Shown here: positions 31,408-42,316 of the stretch, one piece after another
How positions within the stretch are numbered: the first letter of the stretch is position 1
Layout: each line of letters opens with the position of its first letter
From: an uncultured Gemmatimonadales bacterium
GTDB lineage: Bacteria; Gemmatimonadota; Gemmatimonadetes; Gemmatimonadales; GWC2-71-9
Reading direction: 5' to 3'
Assembly: GCA_963821525.1 (NCBI GenBank)
Contig: CAWGED010000019.1
Location: 1,024,001-1,088,000, forward strand
Length of the DNA: 64,000 bases
The notes under the pieces: generated by a model
What the model saw: only the letters and a program-made list of their open reading frames with translations
Told to the model about the DNA's origin: nothing
Databases searched by the model: none
Position numbers and translations under genes: made by a program

Positions 31408-32622
31408 ATGCTGATCGGAGAGACTGTCGCGGTCGCTCTGCAATCCATCAAGGCCAATGCCCTGCGCTCTATTCTTACGGCGCTCGGCATCATCATCGGC
31501 GTGGCGGCGGTCATCACGATGGTGGCACTTGGCACCGGAGCCCAGAAGGCGGTGGAGGATCAGATCGCTTCGCTGGGAGCCAATGTCCTGAGCGTGTATC
31601 CCGGCATGTCGTTCAGCGGCGGCGTCGCCTCGACCAACCGGGTCAGTCTCACCATTGACGACGCCGATGCTCTGGAGCGGGACGGCCAGTTTATCAAGGC
31701 CGTGGTGCCCGAAATCGTTTCGCAGCAGCAGATCAAGTACATCAACAAGAACATCAATACCAACGTCACCGGCACGACGGCGAATTTCCCCGAGGTCCGG
31801 AACTACACGATCGCCCAGGGGAGGATGTTCACCAGTGGAGATGACGCCGCTCGTGAGCGGTATGCCGTACTCGGCGCCGACATACCGGAACTGCTGGAGG
31901 CCAATCCGGTCGGGCTGCTCCACCAGACGATCCTGATTCGAGGCATCGCGTTCGAGATCATCGGGATCATGGCTTCCAAGGGCGCCACGGGGTCATGGCA
32001 GAACCCCGACGAGCAGATCTGGATCCCGCTGGAGACCGCGCGCTACCGGGTCTTCGGCACCGACCGCCTGCGCTCGGTCGGGGTTCAGATTGCAGATGGA
32101 GTCCCGGTTGAGCAGGGGATGGTGGATATCGAGCGGGTCCTCCGGCGCGAGCATAAGATCCGTCCGGGCGGAGAGAACGATTTCCAGATCCGCGATGCGA
32201 AGCAGTTCCTCGCTACCCAGCAGTCCGCTTCCCAGATCTTCACGACCCTGCTCGCCAGCATCGCGGCAGTGAGCCTGGTCGTCGGCGGGATCGGCATCAT
32301 GAACATCATGCTGGTGTCGGTCACCGAGCGGACTCGTGAAATCGGTGTGCGCAAGGCGCTGGGGGCGACGCAGTGGAATATCCTGTTCCAGTTCCTGGTC
32401 GAGGCGATGGCCCTGTGCCTGGCCGGGGGAGTTCTCGGCATTCTGCTCGGCGTCTGGGTGACCGACCTGCTTGCCAAGAGCAACGGCTGGAACACCCTGA
32501 TCTCACCTCAAAGCATCATCATGGCGTTCGGGTTCAGCGCGGCGATTGGACTGATCTTCGGCATCCTGCCCGCCCGGCGCGCCGCGAAGCTCGACCCGAT
32601 TGTTGCATTGCGATACGAGTAG
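31408..32622 (+). CDS. MacB-family ABC permease
   Basis: LRSILTALGIIIGV, GGIGIMNIMLVSVTERTREIG and PARRAAKLDPIVALRYE. Confidence 0.95.
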   Translation: MLIGETVAVALQSIKANALRSILTALGIIIGVAAVITMVALGTGAQKAVEDQIASLGANVLSVYPGMSFSGGVASTNRVSLTIDDADALERDGQFIKAVVPEIVSQQQIKYINKNINTNVTGTTANFPEVRNYTIAQGRMFTSGDDAARERYAVLGADIPELLEANPVGLLHQTILIRGIAFEIIGIMASKGATGSWQNPDEQIWIPLETARYRVFGTDRLRSVGVQIADGVPVEQGMVDIERVLRREHKIRPGGENDFQIRDAKQFLATQQSASQIFTTLLASIAAVSLVVGGIGIMNIMLVSVTERTREIGVRKALGATQWNILFQFLVEAMALCLAGGVLGILLGVWVTDLLAKSNGWNTLISPQSIIMAFGFSAAIGLIFGILPARRAAKLDPIVALRYE

Positions 32623-32659
32623 AAACGAAAGCTGGAGGCCTACGTACATTTCTAGCTAA

Positions 32660-34923
32660 ATGCTTCTAGCCCTCATCGTTGCCCTTCAGGGCCCGCCGCC
32701 GGATTCGGCGGGCCCCGGCTTTTTTGCCACGGCGCCCCGCCTCGAGGCTACCGTCACCATCGACGGGGAGCTGAACGAGCCGGTTTGGTCCCAAGCCGCC
32801 AGGCTCACCGATTTCCATCAATACCAGCCAGTCGACAGCCGGCCCGCCGAGGAAAAAACGGTCGTGCTGGTGTGGTACGCCCCCAACGCGATTCACTTCG
32901 GCATCATCGCCTACGAGAGCCAACCCGGCGCCATCAGAGCCACGGTGGCCGATCGGGACAACCTCGACGCGGACGATCGAGTCACCATCTACCTCGACAC
33001 ATTCGATGACCGCCGGCGGGCCTTCTTCTTCACGGTAAACCCGCTGGGCTCGCAAGAAGATGGAGTCAGGACGGAGGGCGGCTTTGCGGCGGGAAGCCTG
33101 GTGGGTGGTACTACCGACAAGAACCCGGATTACATCTGGGAATCGAAGGGCCGTCTGACCGATTCCGGCTATGTGGTGGAGGTCAGGATTCCCTTCAAGA
33201 GCCTGCGCTACCCGGGAACGGAGCACAACGCTGGGGGATCAACGTGGTCCGGAAGATCCAGCGCACCGGCTACGAAGACACCTGGACCGATACCCGGCGG
33301 GCCAACGCGAGTTTCCTGGTGCAGTCCGGCCTTCTCGACGGCCTGCACGACCTGCAGAGCGGGATCACCACGGAGTTCCAGCCGGTGGTGACCGCGGCGG
33401 CAAACGGCGCACCCACACCCACGGGATACGACCGGGAGAATCTCGATCCGAGCTTCGGGGCCAATCTTCGCCTGGGACTCACCAGCAACCTGTCGGTAGA
33501 CGCCACTTACAATCCCGATTTCAGCCAGATCGAATCGGACGTGAGTCTGGTGACGGTAAACGAGCGCTTCGCGCTGTTCTTCCCGGAGAAGCGCCCCTTC
33601 TTCCTCGAAGGGATCGAGCTGTTCTCCACCAACAACCAGCTGGTCTACACCAGGCAAATCGTCGACCCGATCGCGGGCGGCAAAGTCACCTCGAAGATCG
33701 GGGCGAACAACATCGCTCTGCTCACGGCGGTGGACGAGGCAAACTCACCCGACTCCTGGTTCAACATCGCGCGAGTCCGGCGGGACGTCGGCGCCAACTC
33801 GACGGTCGGCGTCACAGGAACCTCGAAGGATGCCAGCGGGACCTACAACCGGGTGGTCGCCGGAGATGCGCGGATCGTTTTCGGGAAGCTGTACTTCGTG
33901 GCCGGCCAGGCGGGCGGCTCCTGGACTCGGGACAGTGCCACTGGAGACTCCCGTTCCAGCCCGATCCTGGAGGCCGAGTTCGACCGTACCGGGAGGTCCT
34001 GGGGATTCAACTACAAGGTCACGGGTATCGGGCCTGACTTCGAGTCTCAGGCGGGCTTCGTCCCCCGCAACGACATCGTTCAAGCCCACGCATTCAACCG
34101 GTTCTCGATCTACGGCTCAAAGGGCGCATTCCTCGAGACGGCAAACTTCTTCGGGGGGCCCTTCTACACCTGGGTCTACGGCGACTTTCTGCAGCGTGGA
34201 GCCCTCGAGGGCCTCTGGCAGGCCGATGCCGACTTCACGCTTCGTGGTGGCTGGAGCTGGGACAACCATGGCGAGGTGGGGTTCACCAATTTCGAGCCTG
34301 GGGCGTATAACGGCTACGAGGTGGACCAAGGTGGGGTCCTCGTCCCCTACGATGCCCCAACTGGCGTGGACAACTGGGTCTTGCAGACCGGCGTGAGTAC
34401 GCCGACCTGGCAAAAGCTGGATGCCACGCTCACGATCAGGCGAAGCCAGGTGCCAATTTTTGCGGAAGGAGCGGAGGGGAATGAGACCCGGGTCACCGGC
34501 AGTCTCGACCTCCGGCCGACCGGCTCGATCAGAATTTCCGGCTCCAACACCTACTCCAGGATCACTCGCCGCCGGAATGATTCCGAATTCGCCCGGACCA
34601 TCATTCCCCGGCTCAAGGTCGAGTACCAGCCTATGCGCGCCCTGTTCTTCCGCGCCGTCGGCGAGTACGTCGCCCAGCGCCGCGCCCCGTTGGAGGACGC
34701 CGATAACGGGGATCCTCTGGTGATCAACGGCCAGACGCAGCCTTTCCAGGAAGCGAACGGGTTGCGCATGGACTTCCTGGCGTCCTTGGAGCCCTCGCCG
34801 GGGACCGTCGCCTTCCTGGGCTATGGCAGCTCGCTCGACGACACCTCCGCATTCAACTTTTCGGAGATGAGCCGAGCGAGCGACGGGTTCTTCGTGAAGC
34901 TGGCGTATCAGTTCCGGTGGTAG
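32660..34923 (+). CDS. CBM9-like/DUF5916 outer-membrane protein (frameshift near 33225)
   Basis: IDGELNE..W and EVRIPFKSLRY in ORF 32660; NPDFSQIESD, FPEKRPFFLEG and terminal FFVKLAY in ORF 33244. Confidence 0.85.
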
Positions 34924-34929
34924 CCAGGG

Positions 34930-35156
34930 TTATCCCGGCTCCAGCTCCACGCTGGCTCGTCCATCCTCTCCGTAGCGCACCGTCACCAGCCAGGGCCTGC
35001 AACACACCTCGCAGTCTTCGACGTACTGCTTGTTCAGGACCCCCGCCCGGATCCAATCCGATCACGACCTGTTCGCCGCAGTGGGGGCATGTGACCACCG
35101 CGTCCTGATCGGCAGACTCCTCCTCCAGAAACTCATCCTCGTTCGTCGAGGCTCAT
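34930..35156 (-). CDS. CPXCG cysteine-rich small protein (frameshifted)
   Basis: TCPHCGE...LDPGGG in one frame, QYVEDCEVCCRPW in the next; acidic N-terminus. Confidence 0.78.
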
Positions 35157-37082
35157 CAGACAGGACCTCCGAGCAATTCTTCCACCGCGCGCCAGGCCTG
35201 ATCAATGGCCGAATTGGTGTAGGCGAACGCGCCGGCATCGGCGTTGGCGATCGTGATGCGGCCGAACTGGCCGGCGTCCCACGACGCACGGCTCCTCTCC
35301 CTCGGCCCATGGCCCGTCCCACAGCGAGTTGTACTCGTAAGTGTAGCCGTGCGGCCAGCGATTGACCGTGATGGCAGTGATGTCTCTGGCCGGATCGAAG
35401 CCCGCGGGACCAAACATCCGGCCCAACTGGTCTCTTACAGCGCGCTCGAAGGTCTCGAACGGGGTTTGAAGTAGTTCTTCGCGTCCTGCTCGATGCTGAA
35501 CTCGCGAGGGCGAACCGGGTTTGCAGGGAGTGCGCACCATTTTCACCACCGCCGGGGCATCCGGAGTTCGCGGCGCCTGATAGGCTCCCAGATCAACCGG
35601 GAAATCCAGAAAAGTGTTTACCCAGTAGCTGCCCGGGGCGTAGACATGGGAGACACCGGCTTTCTGAAGTGCTCGCCAGTTGTTGAGCGCGACGTTGGTA
35701 TACACCAGCGGCACCTTGGCCCCGTATGCGAGCGCCTGCTTCTGTGTGTCGGACAACTCGGGGCAGAGATAGGGTATCACCATGTTCCAGCAGGCGAGCA
35801 CACAGGCTCCGGCTCGCACCGACCTGGCCTTTCCGCCCCGAACATACGTCACCTCGACCTCACGGGCCGAAGCGGGATCGCCCCGATGCTTTACCCGGAT
35901 CACTGTGCTGTTGAGCCTTATGCGGGTCGAGTTCGAGGGCTGATCGAGCTTGCCGTACGCGAGGCGGGCGGTCACCACGTCGTCCATCGAATCGCCGGGC
36001 AACGCCTGGGGAACCAGGCGGCGGGCGAGGAGGCGCGCTACTGACGCGTTGCCATCGGGGAAGTGAAAGATGTACGGCTCTTCCTCGTTCATTTCGAGAA
36101 GCGGTGTCCGCCCGATGCCCGGACTCGGCTCATCGCCATCCAGTTTCAGGCCCTCGAAGCCCGGCATCTCCAACCCCCAGCAATCGAGCGCAGGGATCGC
36201 GTCGATTCCTACACCATAGAGATCGTGGGTCATGGCCTGGAAGAGAGGAATCACGCCTGGGGCCACCTTCACGACATTGAGCAGGAAGTCCCGATAGCTC
36301 ATTCGGGCAAGGCGAGCCTTTTTCTCGGATGAAGTAAGTCCGGGAAAGTGGTTGGCCCGGTTCCCGATTACCCGAAGGATGTCGCGCTTGACCGCCTCGG
36401 TGAGGGGTGCCAGGTCGAGAGTCTTCCGGGAAATATCAGACACGCTGCCCTGCACCACGCGATCAACTCCGAACGTCTCCCGGTCGAAGAAGATGCCTCT
36501 GGTCATCCCGAGCTTCTGATATCGTCCTCGATCGAAAGCGGTATAGAAGCGCTGCAGGTCTATGCCGAGGTCCGACAGGAGCCCGCGGGCCACGGTGCTG
36601 TACTGTGCGGGACTCTCGATGGACTCGGTTCCCCCATAGGAGATGAGAAGGCGGTCACCCACGGTGAACTCGTTCCGCTTCGCGTGGCCGCCGAGGTCAT
36701 CATGGTTGTCGAGCAATAGGATCCGCGCTTCTGGTCTGGCCTTGCGATAGAAGTAGGCCGCGGCGAGACCGCTGATCCCGGCGCCGACGACGACCAGGTC
36801 GTAACGTTCGCCGGTGTCCCGGGTCCGGCCGATGGTGGGTTCGAGGGTTCCGTCCCGCAGTTGATGCGCGACTTCGTATGAACCAGGGTGACTTCCGCGG
36901 AGTCCGGTCAGTGCCGGTGGGTAGTAGTCAGGCGCCTGCTCGGGAGCGTAAGTGTCTTCTCCTCCTCGAGTACAACCGAATGGCAGGAGCGCCATCCCCG
37001 TGGCGATCGCCAGCCCATCGAGAAAGTCCCGGCGGCTGATGTTCCGGTCCATTCCGAGTCGGCGATCGCTCGCGTCGGTCAT
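35156..37082 (-). CDS. spdH: Spermidine dehydrogenase-like Tat-exported flavoprotein (frameshift near 35275)
   Basis: SRRDFL, YYPPALTGLRGSHPG, GAGISG, GGHAKRNEF, HFPDGN and NRWPHGY; tail GRITIANADAG...AIDQAWRAV is in another frame. Confidence 0.82.
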
Positions 37083-37163
37083 GACAGTTCTCTCTTGCGG
37101 GAGGGTTGCGGTTCCGCGAAGATACGGCTTCCTGCAGACAACTGGCCAGCACTACGAGGAGCC

Positions 37164-38159
37164 ATGCCTCGCTCACGCATCACAGGCACCGGGTTCGCCG
37201 TTCCCGACCGCGTGGTCCGCAACGACGACCTCGCTCAGCTGATGGACACTTCGGACGAATGGATTCGAGTCCGGACCGGAATCCAGGAGCGGCGCTGGGC
37301 CGCGGAGGGGGAGACCGGCTTCGCCCTGGCCCATGAGGCCACGCTGAAGGCGCTGGACATGGCGGGCCGGACAGCAAAGGACATTGAAGCGATCGTCTAC
37401 GCTACCTCCACTCCCGACCACTTCATCCCGGGAGGCGGAGTCTTCCTGCAGCGCATGCTGGGAATTCCAACGATCCCGGCACTCGATATCCGGGTCCAGT
37501 GCAGCGGTTTCGTGTACGGACTCTCGGTGGGCGACGCCTGGATTCGCGCGGGAGAATACCAGCGGGTTCTCGTGGTAGGCGCGGAGATTCAGTCCACCGG
37601 CATGGACGTCAGCACCCGCGGACGCAATACCGCGGTGATTTTTGCGGATGGCGCCGGGGCGGCGATCCTGGAGCCTGCCGAGCGGCCCGAGCAAGGTTTC
37701 CTGGCGTTCGATCTCCGGGCGGATGGCAACTTTGCCGAGGTGCTCTGGGTAGACGGCCCCGGTTCGAGGTATCACCCGCGGGTGTCGGTCGAGCACCTGC
37801 AAGCAGGGAGGTACTTTCTCCAGATGGACGGCAAGGAGGTTTTTCGCCATGCCGTCACCCGGATGCCGGAGTCAGTCCGCACGGTGCTCCAAAAGGCCGG
37901 ACTCGGCACGAACGACGTCTCCCTGCTGATCCCGCACCAGGCGAATCTCCGGATCTCCGAGGCCGTACAGAAGGCACTGGGACTCCGGGAGGACCAGGTG
38001 TACAACAACATCATGCGCTATGGCAATACAACGGCTGCCACGATCCCCATCGGCCTGGACGAGTGCGTCAGGGCCGGCCGGCTGGCCCCGGGAGACGTCC
38101 TGGTCATGACCGCCTTTGGCTCGGGGTTCACCTGGGGGAGCGCGGTCGCGCGCTGGTGA
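37164..38159 (+). CDS. fabH: Beta-ketoacyl-ACP synthase III
   Basis: DTSDEWI..RTGI, QCSGF, FADGAGA, PHQAN, YGNT and FGSGFTWG. Confidence 0.93.
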   Translation: MPRSRITGTGFAVPDRVVRNDDLAQLMDTSDEWIRVRTGIQERRWAAEGETGFALAHEATLKALDMAGRTAKDIEAIVYATSTPDHFIPGGGVFLQRMLGIPTIPALDIRVQCSGFVYGLSVGDAWIRAGEYQRVLVVGAEIQSTGMDVSTRGRNTAVIFADGAGAAILEPAERPEQGFLAFDLRADGNFAEVLWVDGPGSRYHPRVSVEHLQAGRYFLQMDGKEVFRHAVTRMPESVRTVLQKAGLGTNDVSLLIPHQANLRISEAVQKALGLREDQVYNNIMRYGNTTAATIPIGLDECVRAGRLAPGDVLVMTAFGSGFTWGSAVARW

Positions 38160-38214
38160 ATCTTCTCAAGCGCCCGTTCCGTAGTGGAACGAGCCCCAGA
38201 TAACGAGTCGAACC

Positions 38215-38508
38215 ATGTATCGAATGATTGCCGGACTGCTGATTGTCGCCGCTGGAATCGCCGGGTACTTCGTCGCGCGGAGCTTCGTGCGGCGCCGGCT
38301 CCGGTTCGTGGATGCCATCTATTCCCCGCTCGCCCCTTGGATCGCCGGAACGTTGGCGGCGCTCTCGATGTGGCCGGTCGCGTTGCTACCGCTGGTAAGC
38401 GGCACCACTGCTGTTGTCTTCGGCCTCGGAGCGGGATTTGGGACCCGCTCGGCGGTTAAAACGCTGAAGCAGGGAGAGGGAGGAGTGATCGTCAGCCGTC
38501 GGTATTAG
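38215..38508 (+). CDS. Small membrane protein
   Basis: 97 aa hydrophobic ORF filling the gap between fabH and yggX. Confidence 0.7.
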   Translation: MYRMIAGLLIVAAGIAGYFVARSFVRRRLRFVDAIYSPLAPWIAGTLAALSMWPVALLPLVSGTTAVVFGLGAGFGTRSAVKTLKQGEGGVIVSRRY

Positions 38509-38529
38509 GGACCTGGTTATCTTTCCTGC

Positions 38530-38781
38530 ATGCCGAACGTACTCTGCACTCGCTGTGGCCAGGAACGCGACCAGCTTGCCTTCCGACCCTTCCAGAATGA
38601 CATCGGGCTCCGGGTTTACGAGCAGATCTGCAATGTCTGCTGGCAGGAGTGGCTCAAGACCCAGCAGCAACTGATCAACCACTACGGACTGAACGTTCGC
38701 GAACCCAAGGCGAAAGAGTTCCTGTTCTCGAACATGGAGAAGTTTCTGTTTGGCGAGGACAGCGTGAAAAGTGAGAACTAA
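38530..38781 (+). CDS. yggX: Oxidative damage protection / Fe(II)-trafficking protein
   Basis: V.C N-terminus, G.RVYEQI, W.EWL..Q..LIN and FLF. Confidence 0.85.
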   Translation: MPNVLCTRCGQERDQLAFRPFQNDIGLRVYEQICNVCWQEWLKTQQQLINHYGLNVREPKAKEFLFSNMEKFLFGEDSVKSEN

Positions 38782-38814
38782 AAGCGTGAAGACGTGAGAA
38801 GTAAGAAGTGAGAA
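38764..38814 (+). repeat. 7-nt tandem repeat, consensus GTGAGAA
   Basis: gtgaaaa gtgagaa ... gtgagaa gtaagaa gtgagaa, overlapping the yggX stop. Confidence 0.75.
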
Positions 38815-38833
38815 GGCTGCGTCATGCTTTCCC

Positions 38834-39811
38834 TCACCAGCTCGTCCCTACCCTCATAATCAAATCGATCCCCGGTCCGCTGGGGTAGAGATCTTCGGTC
38901 AATCCGATCCTCCAATCCCGCCCACCCGACGTGCGGTAGATCCAGCCGAAATCCAAGTCGAGTTCCTCCCGCTCAAGCGCGGTGGCCTCGGCGTCGTCGT
39001 ACTGGGGAGAGGCCCAGTAAAGGTTGGCGTAGAGTGACTGCTTTCCCCAGAACCGGTAACGCAGGCCGGAGGTAAGGGCGATAAAGCTCTGATTCTGAAT
39101 CTGCTTCAGCGGACCATGGCGGGGAGTGTAGCCCAATCCAAGCTCGCCCTCATAGGTAAGCCGAGGGGTAATCTGCGCGCGAACTGTGGTAAGGAGGCTC
39201 GCCGACACGACACCGCGGCCATATCCGTCCGCCGCCGTCGATGTCGGGAGAGTCACCGACAGGACCGATTGGACCTTGGGACTAAAGCGGTGACCGGCCC
39301 CGATTCGGAGGTCGTTCAGGTGGAAGTTCGAGCTGGAGTATTCGACCCGAGTTCCGTCGGGATAGCGGTAGTGATAGTCGAACTCGTTCTCGGGTCTCCC
39401 TTCCCGCTCCGGAAAACTGATTCCGAAGAGATCGTGATACCAATTCAGGAACCCGTCCAGTCCGCCGGCAAAAACCCCACCGACTGACACATCGGCCAGG
39501 AGGAAATCATAGGGCCCGAGATCCTTCGCGATGCCCAGGCTGAACCGGTAGCTCTCGGCATCGAGCAGAAACGAAGTGTCGGTCGAGAAGCCGAAGGCGA
39601 GTTCTGTCATGCTCGCGTAGTCGAGCCCGACCGCGAGGCGCCACCCGGCTCGTGGCTCTACAAAGGGCTGGAAGTAGATCCCCGAACGGGACTCAACGAC
39701 CGGGTTGTTGGGATGGTATTCGGGAAGGCCCTGGGCCGCGGCTGGCTCGAGGACGAATCCGAGCAGAGTTAAGAAGACGCCAAGGCCGGCGAACCCGGCC
39801 TCACGCCTCAT
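38834..39811 (-). CDS. DUF3187-like outer-membrane beta-barrel protein
   Basis: Signal peptide, LLDAE, GGLDGFLNWYHDLFG, TLPT, EDL and terminal W. Confidence 0.72.
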   Translation of the reverse strand: MRREAGFAGLGVFLTLLGFVLEPAAAQGLPEYHPNNPVVESRSGIYFQPFVEPRAGWRLAVGLDYASMTELAFGFSTDTSFLLDAESYRFSLGIAKDLGPYDFLLADVSVGGVFAGGLDGFLNWYHDLFGISFPEREGRPENEFDYHYRYPDGTRVEYSSSNFHLNDLRIGAGHRFSPKVQSVLSVTLPTSTAADGYGRGVVSASLLTTVRAQITPRLTYEGELGLGYTPRHGPLKQIQNQSFIALTSGLRYRFWGKQSLYANLYWASPQYDDAEATALEREELDLDFGWIYRTSGGRDWRIGLTEDLYPSGPGIDLIMRVGTSW

Positions 39812-40358
39812 CCAGTGATCTCCAGAGGTACCAGGCGGCGTGAGTGCGAACCGGTCGAAAACGCTCACCGAGCTTTTGGAGAGAGCGTGGGCTTCGAATC
39901 CGGTACAGGTTGAGAGCCGCCCGCTGGATCCCGCCGTCTCCGACGGGCCAGACATCCAGGCGGTTCAAGGAGAAGATCAGGAACATTTCCGCGGTCCAGG
40001 CGCCGATTCCTTTCACCGAAGTCAGGCGTTCCACCACCTCGGCATCGGGCAGTGTTTCGATCCCGTCCAGGCCGCCCGCCGCAGTGAAGCGGGCCAGCTC
40101 ACGCAAGTAGACTGTCTTGGCGCGAGAAAGACCGGCCGCTCGAAGGGTTCTCACGTTGGCCTTGGCCAGCCGCTCCGGCTCGACCGGAATCCGATCGCGG
40201 AGGCGATTCATGATCGCCTCGGCCGCACGGCCGGAGATCTGCTGGGAGATGATGGCATCCGCCAGCGATTCAAACGCCGGCTGTTGTGAAAGCCGTACGG
40301 GTCCATGGCGCTGGCAGAGCCCGGCCATAATGGGACAACTCAAGAGAACGTCACTCAT
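39801..40358 (-). CDS. DNA-3-methyladenine glycosylase II (AlkA family)
   Basis: IISQQIS, GLSRAK, VKGIGAWTAEMFL, P.GD and AWYLW. Confidence 0.92.
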   Translation of the reverse strand: MSDVLLSCPIMAGLCQRHGPVRLSQQPAFESLADAIISQQISGRAAEAIMNRLRDRIPVEPERLAKANVRTLRAAGLSRAKTVYLRELARFTAAGGLDGIETLPDAEVVERLTSVKGIGAWTAEMFLIFSLNRLDVWPVGDGGIQRAALNLYRIRSPRSLQKLGERFRPVRTHAAWYLWRSLDEA

Positions 40359-40425
40359 CGTCGCTCAAGGGTAAACCGGCCCGGTAAGCTAAATGTGCCG
40401 GGGCGTGAGGTACACCGGCGCGCTC

Positions 40426-40455
40426 TTGACACCTTCGGCGAGCGGGGAGTAGACT
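40426..40455 (+). promoter_or_regulatory. Sigma70 promoter of the Phe leader
   Basis: TTGACA-N18-TAGACT, ending 5 nt before the leader ATG. Confidence 0.7.
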
Positions 40456-40460
40456 GGGTC

Positions 40461-40541
40461 ATGATCGGTCACCTTGCGTTCTTCGGCTTTACCGGCACCG
40501 GCGCGGCGCGAGTCGCGTTCGGCGGGGTAAGCGCACGCTAG
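40461..40541 (+). CDS. Phe-rich attenuator leader peptide MIGHLAFFGFTGTGAARVAFGGVSAR
   Basis: 26 aa with four Phe (FFGF cluster), lying between the promoter and terminator upstream of prephenate dehydratase. Confidence 0.78.
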   Translation: MIGHLAFFGFTGTGAARVAFGGVSAR

Positions 40542-40565
40542 GCTGACCTGACCGGACCCCTCGAC

Positions 40566-40600
40566 GCCCCGCCGGCAATCCGGCGGGGCTTTTCGTTTTT
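40566..40600 (+). terminator. Attenuator terminator
   Basis: gccccgccgg-caat-ccggcggggc followed by ttttcgttttt, 13 nt before the pheA ATG. Confidence 0.88.
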
Positions 40601-40613
40601 ACCGGAGAGAACG

Positions 40614-42316
40614 ATGCGCGTTGCGATCCAGGGCACTCGTGGTTCATTCAGCGAAGCTGCAGCCCGCCAGCAATGGGCCGATGCGGAAGTCGTCGCCTGC
40701 CGCGAAGTGGGAGACGTGGTCAAGGCAGTCCGGGAAGGCCGGGCCGACACCGGATGTCTGGCCATCGAGAATTCGCTGGTCGGCTCGATCACTCCGACGT
40801 ATGACCTGCTGCAAGAGGCTTTCGGCGACAGCAAGCTCTATCTGAGCCGGGAGATTCTGCTGCCGGTTCACCACGCGATACTCGGGGTCCGCGATGGGAG
40901 CCTGGCTCAGATCAGGCGCGTGCTGTCTCACCCGGTCGCCCTGGGCCAGTGCAGATCATGGCTCAGCCAGCACCTCCCCGATGCGGAACTGGTGAGTTCC
41001 TGGGACACAGCCGGCAGTGCAGAGATCGTGGGGCGGGAGAACGATCCCGCTCAAGCGGCGATCTGCGCCGCGCATGCGAGCGACGCCTATGGGCTCAAGG
41101 TGTTCGAAGACCGGATCGAAGACGACCCGACCAACCAGACCAGATTTCTCACTTTCGGCAGCGAACGTCCTCCTACCAGCAACACCGTGCCGCAAAAGAC
41201 TTCGCTCATCGTGTGGCTCGATCACCGGCCGGGGATGCTGGCCGCGGCACTCCAGGCCTTCGCCGCACGCGGGGTCAACCTGACATCCCTCCAATCCCGG
41301 CCGGAGCGATCGGCTCCCTGGACCTATCGTTTCTACTTCGATGTGGAAGGCGCGACGGATGATCCGCGACTGGCCGAAGCCCTCGAAGTCTATCGAGGCG
41401 CTGGCGGCGCGCATCGTGATCCTCGGCACCTACCAGGCGTGGCAGCATGAGGGGAAGACTGCCTCACCGGTGGTGATGGCCCCGCCCCAGCAACGCCCGA
41501 AGCCCAACGTGCCTCTCTTCGACCGGGCGCAGCGCTCGGAAGACACCGTGGTGAGGGTCGGCAGCGTGGAGATCGGATCCGGCCGCCCGGTAATCATTGC
41601 AGGTCCTTGTTCGGTCGAGAGTGCCGAGATGATTCTCGAGACAGCCAAGGCGGTTGCTTCCGCCGGGGCCGATCTTCTGCGCGGCGGCGCGTTCAAGCCT
41701 CGCACCTCACCATACGACTTTCAGGGACTGGGAACCAAGGGACTCAAGTTCCTCGCTGAGGCGCGGGAACAGACCGGCCTCCCGATCGTTACCGAAGTGA
41801 TGAGCTGGGAGGAAGTGCCGCTGGTCGCGCGCTACGCGGACATGCTGCAGATCGGCGCCCGGAACATGCAGAACTTCGCGCTGTTGCGAGCGGCGGGCAG
41901 GAGCGGCCGGCCGATTCTGCTCAAACGAAACGGTGGCGCCACGATCGAGGAGTGGCTCCACGCGGCCGAGTACGTGTTGTCTCACGGCAATGACCAGGTG
42001 GTGCTCTGCGAGCGCGGAATCCGAACCTTCGAGCGGGCTACCCGGCATACCCTCGACCTGAACGCGGTGGCTCTGGTGCGGGAGCGGACCCACTTGCCGG
42101 TCATCGCCGATCCGAGCCATGCGGCGGGGATGCGGTCTATCGTACCCATCGCTTGCCCTGGCGGCTTTGGCTGCGGGCGCTCACGGTGTGATCGTCGAAG
42201 TCCACCCCGATCCGGACCACGCGCTGAGCGACGGCGCCCAGAGCCTGGACCTGACCACGTTTGCTCGATTGGCTGAGAAGATTCGCAGCGGAGAGCCGCG
42301 AACGGCGGGGCTCTGA
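40614..42316 (+). CDS. pheA: Prephenate dehydratase (PDT-ACT) fused to type I-beta DAHP synthase (frameshifts near 41388 and 42152)
   Basis: IENS, SHPVAL.QC, NQTRF and LQSRP; ILGTY is in frame with [28 protein letters not shown] and DPSH; tail EVHPDP..ALSDG.QSL is in another frame. Confidence 0.88.

Noticed and set aside
41380..41400. Programmed frameshift giving PDT alone versus the PDT-DAHPS fusion
   Set aside because: No slippery heptamer is visible, the shift truncates the ACT domain itself, and many other indels occur in the window.
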